Shown here piece after piece: positions 15,438-23,346 of a stretch of 24,000 bases of DNA. Origin of the DNA: an uncultured Lachnospiraceae bacterium (GTDB lineage: Bacteria; Bacillota; Clostridia; Lachnospirales; Lachnospiraceae); the NCBI GenBank assembly GCA_910589075.1, contig CAJUSK010000012.1:154428-178427 (forward strand), in the 5' to 3' direction. The translations under genes were made by a program, and so were the position numbers. How positions within the stretch are numbered: the stretch's first letter is position 1; every line of letters begins with the position of its first letter. The notes beneath the pieces were generated by a model. The model made no database searches. It was not told where the DNA came from and worked only from the letters and a program-made list of their open reading frames with translations.

Positions 15438-15477
15438 TAAAAATCACACCATTTATCCAGGCAAATGGTGTGATTTT
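15438..15477 (-). terminator. Rho-independent terminator after the LRR protein gene
   Basis: Minus sense reads AAAATCACACCATTT-gcctggat-AAATGGTGTGATTTTT. The stem is ~15 bp with a U-run, 40 nt downstream of the stop at 15518. Confidence 0.8.
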
Positions 15478-15517
15478 ACAGATAGCGTCTATAGGATAAA
15501 ACATGTGCAGGAGAATA

Positions 15518-17245
15518 TTAAGCCGGGTTACGTATCCAGTCCTCATCCACTACCAGACATTTAATCTGCGGATACGTTCCTTCTCCAAAAGCGGCACGCC
15601 GGGAATCTGCCGCCTCGCTGTCCCGTTCTTCGCCGCTGAGACGGAATGTGTACAGATCGGGCAATGCCTTCAGGAATTCAAAGTCCATCATACCGGTGCG
15701 TTCCAGATCCAGATATTGCAGAGATGTACATTGTTTCAGCGTATCTTCCCAGTTTCCGGCCTTCGCCGTGCTTCCTTCTGTTCCCTCTTTTTTCCCAAAC
15801 GTCGTACCGCCTTCTTTTTCATATCCCATTTCATTCAAACGGGAGAACATACTGATGCGCAGGGTCAGCGATTTAAGGTTCGGGAGATCACAGATCCATT
15901 CTATATCCTCCATGGGCTCTGCGGAAACGATGGTAAGCTCCTCCAGGGAAGGGCAGGTTTTCAGTACTTCATAATCAGATGCACTGCCGATTTCCAGGGT
16001 CAGCTCTTCCAGATTGGGCAATACGGCTATATCCTGGAAGGAAGTCAGGTTATAGGACGCACAGACCTCATCCTGGGGAACCAGCCCGCCCACAGACACC
16101 GTGTCTCTGCCCGGTATGGGACTCTCTGTCATTGTCACCTCTGTGATCCAGGCAAGATCGCTGGCATACACGGATCTGTCTGAAAATTTATCCCATTCCG
16201 CGTCCGACATATCATAGTGATATCCAACGGCTAAACGAATCAGATCTTCCCATTCCTTTGAAATAAAGGTAATGGCTCTGTCTTCCCCCGCCAGCGGCTT
16301 ATCCTCACCGGGCGCATACAGTTCGCTGGCCAGTGCAAAGGGATTATGCAGATCTTCATAGGCCCAGTTTTCATATCCGGTATAAGGGCGGTATTTCAAC
16401 TGGTCAAAGTTCTTTTCTGCTTTTGTCTCTTCATAAGAAGCCGCCATATAACGGGTAATCTCTTCAATGGCATAATCGGATGTTGTCATTCCCTGTTCCT
16501 CAGACTGAGGACAGCTTCCGATAAATTCCGCCAGATAGGATTCCCCTGTCACATAGGCTACCGCATAACGGACCTTCTCGTCTCCCCCACTGCAAAGAAA
16601 GCTGTAAAACAACAGTTCCCGGCCATCACTCCTTCGATACCGTTCAAACCGGAACTCGGAAAATTTGACCCCCTGGGTCTTCCCGGCGCTTGCCCGGATC
16701 TGTTTCTGCATTTCTTTCCAGCCATCCTCAACACCTTCCGGAAACATCCGGTTTTCCGTAATGTGGGTACAGATTTCCGCATCCGAATCATCGGGCCAGT
16801 AAACATCCAGACAGGGTTCCCCCGATTTACTGCCATAGGTCCAGTCCACAGGGACATCATAGGAGCAGGCCGGAGAAGAAAAACCGCCCCTGCTGCCAGT
16901 CTGTTTTTTGATATAACAGGTCTGCGGCTTTTTCCCGCCCATATCCGGCAGGCCGCCGCCCGTACCGGTTGTCTCCAGCAGAGACAGTTTAATCCAGTTG
17001 TTGCCTCCGCCCGGCTTTGTATCTGTCACAGGATAACGCTGTGCCCGGTTACCGAATCGGATATCCTCTTTGTCAGATACGTTTTTTTCCGTCCGCAGAC
17101 TGCCATCCGGCGTAACATTTTTCCCCTTTCCCACTACAGTCAGCGGATAGCAGGCAAGAAAAGCTGCCGTCATACACACAATTCCCCCACCTGCCAGACA
17201 CCTGGCCCATGCCCTGCGCCTGCCTGTATTTGTTTGTCCTTTCAT
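15518..17245 (-). CDS. Membrane-anchored protein of unknown function with a C-terminal leucine-rich-repeat region
   Basis: Start chosen at ATG 17245 (GAGGGG RBS 5 nt upstream). The protein then begins MKGQTNTGRRRAWARCLAGGGIVCMTAAFLACYPL (basic N-terminus plus TM/signal anchor). LRR-like repeats lie near the C-terminus (LPNLEELTLEI..., CPSLEELTIVS..., LPNLKSLTLRI..., CTSLQYLDLER...). The frame stays open upstream to 17539 (673 aa), but that extension has atypical composition. Confidence 0.6.
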   Translation of the reverse strand: MKGQTNTGRRRAWARCLAGGGIVCMTAAFLACYPLTVVGKGKNVTPDGSLRTEKNVSDKEDIRFGNRAQRYPVTDTKPGGGNNWIKLSLLETTGTGGGLPDMGGKKPQTCYIKKQTGSRGGFSSPACSYDVPVDWTYGSKSGEPCLDVYWPDDSDAEICTHITENRMFPEGVEDGWKEMQKQIRASAGKTQGVKFSEFRFERYRRSDGRELLFYSFLCSGGDEKVRYAVAYVTGESYLAEFIGSCPQSEEQGMTTSDYAIEEITRYMAASYEETKAEKNFDQLKYRPYTGYENWAYEDLHNPFALASELYAPGEDKPLAGEDRAITFISKEWEDLIRLAVGYHYDMSDAEWDKFSDRSVYASDLAWITEVTMTESPIPGRDTVSVGGLVPQDEVCASYNLTSFQDIAVLPNLEELTLEIGSASDYEVLKTCPSLEELTIVSAEPMEDIEWICDLPNLKSLTLRISMFSRLNEMGYEKEGGTTFGKKEGTEGSTAKAGNWEDTLKQCTSLQYLDLERTGMMDFEFLKALPDLYTFRLSGEERDSEAADSRRAAFGEGTYPQIKCLVVDEDWIRNPA

Positions 17246-17562
17246 CCATACCCCTCGCTTTCCCCATCCGGCCGGATACGGCCCCTTATGCCAACACAGG
17301 AGGCCCGGTTTGCCATATCCCCTATCACTGCCGGAGGCGTGTTTACAATTACCCGGCCCATAAACAGGCATCCTGTACACAGAGCCAGTATCCTCTGTAT
17401 CGACTATAGCAAAGAGTTGCATCATAATTGCATCATCCATACGTTTGTCCGCAGATGCCGGAAACCCGTTCTCAGCCCGTGCAATGACCATAATTCCCCT
17501 TTCATGGGAACGGCATTCCGTTCCGGCTTCCCGCGTCAATATGCAACAAGGAAATCAGACTT

Positions 17563-17808
17563 TTATTGAGGCTGGCGGTTATTGTTCGATGCTGAAGAAT
17601 GTTCTCCGGCACTGACTTTCATAATATCATTATAGTTCTCACTCGGATAAACATAATCATCCGGCTTCATTGTTGTTTCATAGGTATCTCGAACAAGATC
17701 ATCCGCAAGCTCATCCACCTGCTGCTCCACCAGCTCCACTGCTTCTTTATGAGGATTAACCGCCGTGATCAAAGCCTCCCTGCTGCCTGAAACTCTGCCA
17801 ATTACCAT
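17563..17808 (-). CDS. Small acidic hypothetical protein (81 aa)
   Basis: ATG 17808 is preceded by GGAGGGAGG at 8 nt. The sequence MVIGRVSGSREALITAVNPHKEAVELVEQQVDELADDLVRD... matches no family I recognise. Confidence 0.4.
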   Translation of the reverse strand: MVIGRVSGSREALITAVNPHKEAVELVEQQVDELADDLVRDTYETTMKPDDYVYPSENYNDIMKVSAGEHSSASNNNRQPQ

Positions 17809-17913
17809 TTTGCACACCTCCCTCCGTCATACATTGTCTTCCAGGATAGCCGGCATCGTTAAGCGATTACATCCAAAAATCAGCATCATGCCACGCTTCC
17901 CCAGGATAATCAT

Positions 17914-18882
17914 TCACAGTAAATAAATAAAGTATCCAAAATATCCAAGCAGCAGCAAGCCGCCCTCCGCACGGTTCAGGCTCTTTCCATTGAAAGAGAA
18001 TATCCACAACAACACTCCCGCTGCCACAGCCACAATGAAATCCACTATAAATTTGCTCTCGAAAACAACCGGTGTAATCAATGCAGATGTTCCTACTACA
18101 AAAAGGATATTGAAGATATTGCTTCCCACAATATTTCCGATTGCAATATCCGCATTGCCTTTTCTTGCTGCTGAAACAGATGTAAACAATTCCGGCAGGG
18201 ATGTTCCCAGCGCCACAATCGTAAGCCCTATAAATCTCTCACTCAGACCTATGATCCTTGCTATCGCTGTCGCTGCATCCACAGTGACGCTGCTGCCGAT
18301 CACAATAAGCACAAGACCAACAACCGTGAACAAAAGCAACATTGCCATGCTTTTTTCCTTTTTATCCCCTCCTTTTCCTGAAATATCTCCCTCATCGTCC
18401 CCTGAATTCCCCTCAGCGCCTTTTTTTGCCATCTTTAAGAGATAAAAAAGATACAGCAGAAAAACAACCCACAATCCGGCTCCTTCCAGTCTTGTAATTT
18501 CATTGCCCGCATATCCCATCCAAAGAAGGATGAATGTTATTACAGTCATAAAGGGCATTTCATATTTTATAGTCGAAGATGCAACGGGAACTATCTTTTT
18601 TGCAAAAAATGCCGTGAGACCTAAGATAATAAGAATATTCAAAATATTGCTTCCCGCCACATTTCCAATGGTAATGCCCGCATTCCCCTTTAGCGCCGCC
18701 GAGATGCTTACCGCAGCCTCCGGGGCGCTCGTTCCCATAGCAACGATAGTAAGCCCGACTACAAGCTGCGGAATCCCAAACCTCGAAGCTATTCCTGACG
18801 AACCATCCACAAAGAAATCCGCGCCCTTGATAAGCATCGTAAATCCTGCGGCCAACAAGAATATCTGCAAGACAGCCTCCAT
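17914..18882 (-). CDS. Ca2+/Na+ antiporter, CaCA family (YrbG-like)
   Basis: Two alpha-repeat signatures are present: GLTIVAMGTSAPEAAVS...GNVAGSNILNILIILG and GLTIVALGTSLPELFTS...GNIVGSNIFNILFVVG. Start set at ATG 18882 (GGAGG 8 nt upstream). The track's GTG at 18906 overlaps the upstream remnant. Confidence 0.9.
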   Translation of the reverse strand: MEAVLQIFLLAAGFTMLIKGADFFVDGSSGIASRFGIPQLVVGLTIVAMGTSAPEAAVSISAALKGNAGITIGNVAGSNILNILIILGLTAFFAKKIVPVASSTIKYEMPFMTVITFILLWMGYAGNEITRLEGAGLWVVFLLYLFYLLKMAKKGAEGNSGDDEGDISGKGGDKKEKSMAMLLLFTVVGLVLIVIGSSVTVDAATAIARIIGLSERFIGLTIVALGTSLPELFTSVSAARKGNADIAIGNIVGSNIFNILFVVGTSALITPVVFESKFIVDFIVAVAAGVLLWIFSFNGKSLNRAEGGLLLLGYFGYFIYLL

Positions 18883-18902
18883 GTCTTCAACCTCCGTTCT
18901 TT

Positions 18903-19211
18903 TCACTTAACGATTTCTGCATTGCCCCTGTCCCAGACAATAACTATCTTCGTTCCGGCTCCCGGCTTACTCATCAGGCCCATATCCGCATCTGTCAGGT
19001 TACAGATATGCTTTACAATCGCAAGGCCCAATGCCCGTGCCTCCAAGTTCCTTCGATCTGCCTGCCTCAAGCAAGACGGCCTTCACAGGATGATCCGTCA
19101 TACGCTCCAGTACCTGCTCCAGCCTGCCGTCTGCCATCCTGGACAGGGCATCTCCCATCATTTTCATTCCATATAAAAATAACGCCAGCCCGCCAATCCG
19201 AAGAAATCCAT
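18903..19211 (-). pseudogene. Chimeric gene remnant: Na/Pi-cotransporter N-terminal fragment fused to a histidine-kinase HATPase C-terminal fragment, with at least two frameshifts
   Basis: Hand translation of the minus strand. ATG GAT TTC TTC (19211) is followed, after a 1-nt frame slip, by RIGGLALFLYGMKMMGDALSRMADGRLEQVLERMTDHPVKAVLLEAG (Na/Pi cotransporter N-terminal motif). Next comes RSKELGGTG, then another 1-nt slip inside the G2 box. The remainder reads LGLAIVKHICNLTDADMGLMSKPGAGTKIVIVWDRGNAEIVK-stop (HK C-terminus). Confidence 0.6.
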
Positions 19212-19264
19212 CTAACTATAATCCCCCAAAAGAATTCTCTTACTAGTAAATGGTATCCGATTCA

Positions 19265-19326
19265 TGTAAAATCTAAAAGATGATTTGTGTAAAATCTATG
19301 TAAAACCTGTGTAAAATTCTGTAAGT
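19265..19326. repeat. Helically phased TGTAAA(A) direct repeats (5 copies)
   Basis: TGTAAA starts at 19265, 19288, 19299, 19310 and 19320 (spacings 23, 11, 11, 10 bp). They lie in the divergent intergenic region between the pseudogene and the plus-strand gene. Confidence 0.7.
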
Positions 19327-19400
19327 TTCTAACCATTCAAAAAGCTATGCCACTACCTGCATTTATTCCCGGTCTATCCCGGCAAGCCTTTCCGGAAAAG

Positions 19401-19429
19401 TTGAAATCTGCCCATGCCGATGGTATACT
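19401..19429 (+). promoter_or_regulatory. Sigma-A type promoter for the plus-strand hypothetical gene
   Basis: TTGAAA (19401-19406), a 17-nt spacer, then TATACT (19424-19429), about 60 nt upstream of the ATG. Confidence 0.6.
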
Positions 19430-19489
19430 TTGCGTGTAATGAGCCGATCAATCGGTGTTTAAGACAAATAAAAGGAGGTGCTACTTGCT

Positions 19490-20083
19490 ATGGAATCTTT
19501 AGAGCACTTACAGCGTCAAGAGACCGGCGTTCACCCACATCAGATTATCTTTGAAAAAGAGAACACCAACAATACCTATATCTCATGGAAAGATCAGATG
19601 AAGCCGCGCATTCGTCTGAAAGACGGCATCACCCAGGAGGAGTACCAGTCCATAGCGTCCCGCTGGGATGAAATACTGTCTTTGGCTGAAGAAATCATCT
19701 GGCGATACTACCTGGACCCCAAAAGTGAGGATCTCATGTCTGAGGCGGATTCCTTCCCCGATATCCGATATCTTACCGGGAATTACTATGTGGGAACCGT
19801 ATCCTACGGTTATGTCCGCCGGGACAAAAAGTGTCGGCCCTACCAGATCAAGGATGGCCGGCTGCGGCATAAGTACCACAACGGCCAGGAGTGGGTATCG
19901 GAATGGCTCCCCTTAGACAGCCCGGAAATCATTCGCTATTACCGGATTGTCCTTACGCTGCATCTCACTGGAGACGAGGATGGAACAGAGAAGGATTATA
20001 TGGGCCTGGACTTGATTGCAGAATTTGTGGATCTGGACGACCCCATGGAATTTGAGATACTGTCCCATGATGTGATTGGCTGA
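19490..20083 (+). CDS. Hypothetical protein (197 aa), no recognisable family
   Basis: It is the only plus-strand ORF with an RBS (AAGGAGG, 11 nt upstream of ATG 19490), its own promoter and a terminator. The track ORF begins at GTG 19478, inside the RBS. Confidence 0.6.
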   Translation: MESLEHLQRQETGVHPHQIIFEKENTNNTYISWKDQMKPRIRLKDGITQEEYQSIASRWDEILSLAEEIIWRYYLDPKSEDLMSEADSFPDIRYLTGNYYVGTVSYGYVRRDKKCRPYQIKDGRLRHKYHNGQEWVSEWLPLDSPEIIRYYRIVLTLHLTGDEDGTEKDYMGLDLIAEFVDLDDPMEFEILSHDVIG

Positions 20084-20115
20084 TTCCGGCTGGGGGGATG
20101 GTTTCTTCCACACCT

Positions 20116-20146
20116 AAAAACAGGCCGGATAGCCCGGCCCGTTTTT
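20116..20146. terminator. Bidirectional rho-independent terminator between convergent genes
   Basis: AAAAAC-aGGCCGG-atagc-CCGGCC-cGTTTTT. A short GC stem is flanked by an A-run and a T-run, between the stop of the plus-strand gene (20083) and the stop of the alpha-galactosidase gene (20179). Confidence 0.7.
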
Positions 20147-20178
20147 ATATTTCTAACTCATTCTCCCCTGAAATCCTG

Positions 20179-22368
20179 TCACAGTTTTCTGTTCAGCTCA
20201 ATCTGATAGGACAGATATTCTCCCAGCTCCGCAGGCAGAGGCAGTCCCGCTTCCATCAACGCAGAACCGTAATAGCACCTGCCGCTGTCCGGCTCCTCAT
20301 AGAGGGCATCCCGATCCAGCCCTTTCAGTCTGACATAACTGACGGGCATATTGTTGTTCCCGTTCTGAATAGTCATCACCGCACTGACCAGTGCCCGTCC
20401 GCCATCCTCCGAGACAAACATCCATGCCGTATATACATCGTCAAAAGGGCTGGAAAGGCGGTAATAATCTCCTGAAAACACCAGCGGCGCATATCTCTTA
20501 TACTTCGCAATCTGCTCCCGGATTTGTTCCTTCTCCCGCTCTGTCATATGATTCGGATCCAGTTCATAGCCAAAACCGCTCCCGGCCATGGCCACGATCC
20601 CTCTCGTCCTCAGACTGATTCTCCGGCCTGTCTGATGATTGGGTACGGCAGACACGTGGGCGCCTACCGAAGCGGCCGGATAGAAGAAAGAAGTGCCATA
20701 CTGAATCTTCAGCCGGTCCAGCGCATCCGTATTGTCACTGCACCAGATCTGCGGCGTATAATACATCATCCCGGCATCAAACCGCCCACCGCCGCCGCTG
20801 CAGCCCTCAATCAGCATATTCGGATAACGTTCCATGAGATTCTCCAGAAATTCATAGACGCCCAGCATATAGTCATGGGCCACCTTCCCCGGACTCCGCT
20901 CCTGGGAATAAATATCGGAAATGCTCCGGTTCATATCCCATTTTACATACTCCACATTGCCCTGATCCAGCACACCACAAATCTGTTTAAATATATGATC
21001 CCGTACTTCTGCCCTGGAAAAATCAAGTACAAGCTGATTTCTGGCATGTATCGGTTTCCTGCCCGGTATCCGCATGACCCAGTCAGGATGGGTGCGGTAA
21101 AGATCGCTGTCTTCGGAAATCATCTCCGGTTCAATCCAGATCCCGAACTTCACACCCAGACTGTTAATGCGCTCAATTAATTCACCCAGACTGCAGCCCA
21201 GTTTTTCCTCATTGACCTGCCAGTCGCCGAGACCGCTGTTGTCGTCTTCCCGCTTGCCAAACCAGCCGTCGTCCATCACCACCATATCCATGCCCAGTGT
21301 GGCAGCCTCTTTCGCCAGTTTACAGATTTTTTCCCCATCAAAATCAAAATAAAAGGCTTCCCAACTGTTCAGCAGTACCGGGCGCATTGCCTGCCCATAC
21401 TTTCCTCTGAACAGGTGCTTTCTGATACAACGGTGGTATCGGTTGGACAACGCGGCAAAACCTTCATCCGAATAGCAGAGAACTGTCTCCGGCACAGTCA
21501 GCACTTCGCCCCGTTCCAGCGTATAATGGAACAGATCCCTTTGCAGCCCCATCAGTACCCTGGTCTGGTCAAACTGATCCTTTTCCGCCTCACACAGAAA
21601 GCTGCCGCTGTAAACGAACATCATACCATAGCAGCCGCCCGTATCCTCTGTGGTATCCCGGCGTGCAATGATCACCGCCGGATTATACTGGTGGCTGGAA
21701 GCGCCTCTGCGGCTGCCAATAGAAAAGCTGCCATGGGCAATTTCCCTGCGCTGAAAACTGCGTTCCATCACATGTCTGCCATAAAAGCTGATCAGGTCAT
21801 AGCTGCCTGCCAGAAAATCAAGACAAGCCCCTGCCGCTTTTTCCACAATCACGTCCTCGCTGCCCAGATTGGTAATCTTCACGCTCCTTGTAATGATGTC
21901 TTCCTCTTCCAGTACACCATACAACAGTCTGACCTGCACTTTGCTGACACTGTCCTCCAGAAGGATTTCCAGTGTCTGCGCTTCCTCCTCACCGGCATAC
22001 ACAGCCGGCAGGCCTACCAGGCCATATTTCCCCTGACGGATTTCATGACTCACATAGCGCAGATCGCAACAGTCCGAACCGTCTCCATTGTGGATAATCA
22101 AAGCGCTGTTGCGGTAATCGCCCGTTCCCATAGCAGGGTATTCCTGCGGCAGTGCATCCATGGAATAGGTCCTGTCCGTGCCTGCATCAGCCGGGTTCCC
22201 CGAAAATCCTCTGTCAAAATATGTCAGGAGGTAATCCATGTCGCCCGATATCCTGGCGCCGTAATATAAATGCAGCAGGAAACCATAATCATCCACCTTC
22301 ATCTGATAAGTTGTATTCTCTGTATCCAATGTAAAAATATGACTTGTCCTATGATAGTTTATTGCCAT
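20179..22368 (-). CDS. Alpha-galactosidase, glycoside hydrolase family 36
   Basis: 729-aa ORF from ATG 22368 (GAAGGAGAAG RBS). The N-terminus MAINYHRTSHIFTLDTENTTYQMKVDDYGFLLHLYYG is typical of GH36. Catalytic motifs YVKWDMNR and EGCSGGGGRFD are present. The track's 33-codon N-terminal extension lacks an RBS. Confidence 0.92.
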   Translation of the reverse strand: MAINYHRTSHIFTLDTENTTYQMKVDDYGFLLHLYYGARISGDMDYLLTYFDRGFSGNPADAGTDRTYSMDALPQEYPAMGTGDYRNSALIIHNGDGSDCCDLRYVSHEIRQGKYGLVGLPAVYAGEEEAQTLEILLEDSVSKVQVRLLYGVLEEEDIITRSVKITNLGSEDVIVEKAAGACLDFLAGSYDLISFYGRHVMERSFQRREIAHGSFSIGSRRGASSHQYNPAVIIARRDTTEDTGGCYGMMFVYSGSFLCEAEKDQFDQTRVLMGLQRDLFHYTLERGEVLTVPETVLCYSDEGFAALSNRYHRCIRKHLFRGKYGQAMRPVLLNSWEAFYFDFDGEKICKLAKEAATLGMDMVVMDDGWFGKREDDNSGLGDWQVNEEKLGCSLGELIERINSLGVKFGIWIEPEMISEDSDLYRTHPDWVMRIPGRKPIHARNQLVLDFSRAEVRDHIFKQICGVLDQGNVEYVKWDMNRSISDIYSQERSPGKVAHDYMLGVYEFLENLMERYPNMLIEGCSGGGGRFDAGMMYYTPQIWCSDNTDALDRLKIQYGTSFFYPAASVGAHVSAVPNHQTGRRISLRTRGIVAMAGSGFGYELDPNHMTEREKEQIREQIAKYKRYAPLVFSGDYYRLSSPFDDVYTAWMFVSEDGGRALVSAVMTIQNGNNNMPVSYVRLKGLDRDALYEEPDSGRCYYGSALMEAGLPLPAELGEYLSYQIELNRKL

Positions 22369-22500
22369 GAATCTTCTCCTTCTTTTATCAGATTTTGCAC
22401 AGACAGCCCTGCCGGATACGGCAGAGCTTGATTTCTGTGACTCTATCTGCAAGGGATGCCAGAGCATCCCCCAGATATCCGTAATACTTATATGTGTCAG

Positions 22501-23346
22501 TTATTTTACCGCACCGTTTACAACACCGTTCAGAATCTGCTTCTGGCAGACAATATAGAAAATCAGAATCGGCACGAGAGACAGCAGGTAGGATGCAAAC
22601 GCCAGATTATAGTTTGTACCAAACTGGGACTGGAAATTCAACTGTGCCAGCGGCAATGTGTTCTTACCGGAACCGGCCATAATTACAAGAGGCGTCATTA
22701 CGTCATTCCAGACTGCCAGGGCCGTCAGTACAGCCACCGTGGCATGCATGGGTTTCATAATCGGGAAAATAATTTTCCAGTAAGTCGTCCATGTGGATGC
22801 ACCGTCCACCCTTGCGGCTTCTTCCAGTGCAATGGGAATATTTACAAGATAACCCGAATACAGCAGTATATTCATCGGCATATAGAATACCACATACAGA
22901 ATAATGACACCGGCCCAGTTCGCCAGATGCAGTTCTGCGGTCTGTTTTGCCAGAGGCATCATCAGGATCGCAAAAGGAACGAACATACCGCTGACAATAA
23001 ACAGATAGACAAAGCTGTAAAATTTGCTGTGGGCTTTATTTCTTCCCAGGGCATATCCCATCAGGGAATGCAGCGCCAGGGACAGCGCCACGGTACATGC
23101 GGTAATCAGAAGGCTGTTGCAGAGGGAACGCCAGAAATCCGTTACCACCATGGCTTCTCTGAAATTGGCAAGGCTCCATGTCTTGGGCAGGGAGAGGATG
23201 CCGCTGATGCTGTTGGTCATTTCCGACGGCTGCTTGAACGCGATCATAACCGTCATATAGAGCGGAAAGATGATAGTGGAAAGGCCGAGAATCAGAAAGA
23301 CCATCGGGCCGTATACGGACGCTTTGAGCTTTTTTGTCTCCGTCAT
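22501..23346 (-). CDS. Carbohydrate ABC transporter permease (MsmG/RafG-like)
   Basis: 281-aa ORF with 6 predicted TM segments and the EAA loop LEEAARVDGASTWTTYWKIIFP. Its start overlaps the upstream permease's stop. Confidence 0.9.
   Translation of the reverse strand: MTETKKLKASVYGPMVFLILGLSTIIFPLYMTVMIAFKQPSEMTNSISGILSLPKTWSLANFREAMVVTDFWRSLCNSLLITACTVALSLALHSLMGYALGRNKAHSKFYSFVYLFIVSGMFVPFAILMMPLAKQTAELHLANWAGVIILYVVFYMPMNILLYSGYLVNIPIALEEAARVDGASTWTTYWKIIFPIMKPMHATVAVLTALAVWNDVMTPLVIMAGSGKNTLPLAQLNFQSQFGTNYNLAFASYLLSLVPILIFYIVCQKQILNGVVNGAVK

Noticed and set aside
17246-17562. Known riboswitch class in the leader of the LRR gene (cobalamin, TPP because of GGCTGAGA, c-di-GMP-I because of GGCAAACC...CCTCC)
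   Set aside because: Only isolated short strings match. The partner conserved elements are absent (the B12 box, the TPP ACCTGATCTGGATAATGCCAGCG segment, the GEMM ACGCAAAGC). It is kept only as an unclassified structured leader.
18903-19060. Intact small histidine-kinase-like gene
   Set aside because: The G2 box is split by a 1-nt frame shift (GGTG in one frame, LGLAIVKH in another). The H-box, N-box and G1 box are absent, and the upstream part belongs to a different protein family.
22369-22467. 33-codon N-terminal extension of the alpha-galactosidase ORF
   Set aside because: GH36 enzymes typically begin at the MAI.Y...F.L.T motif found at ATG 22368, which has a GAAGGAGAAG RBS. The extension has no RBS and a non-protein-like composition.
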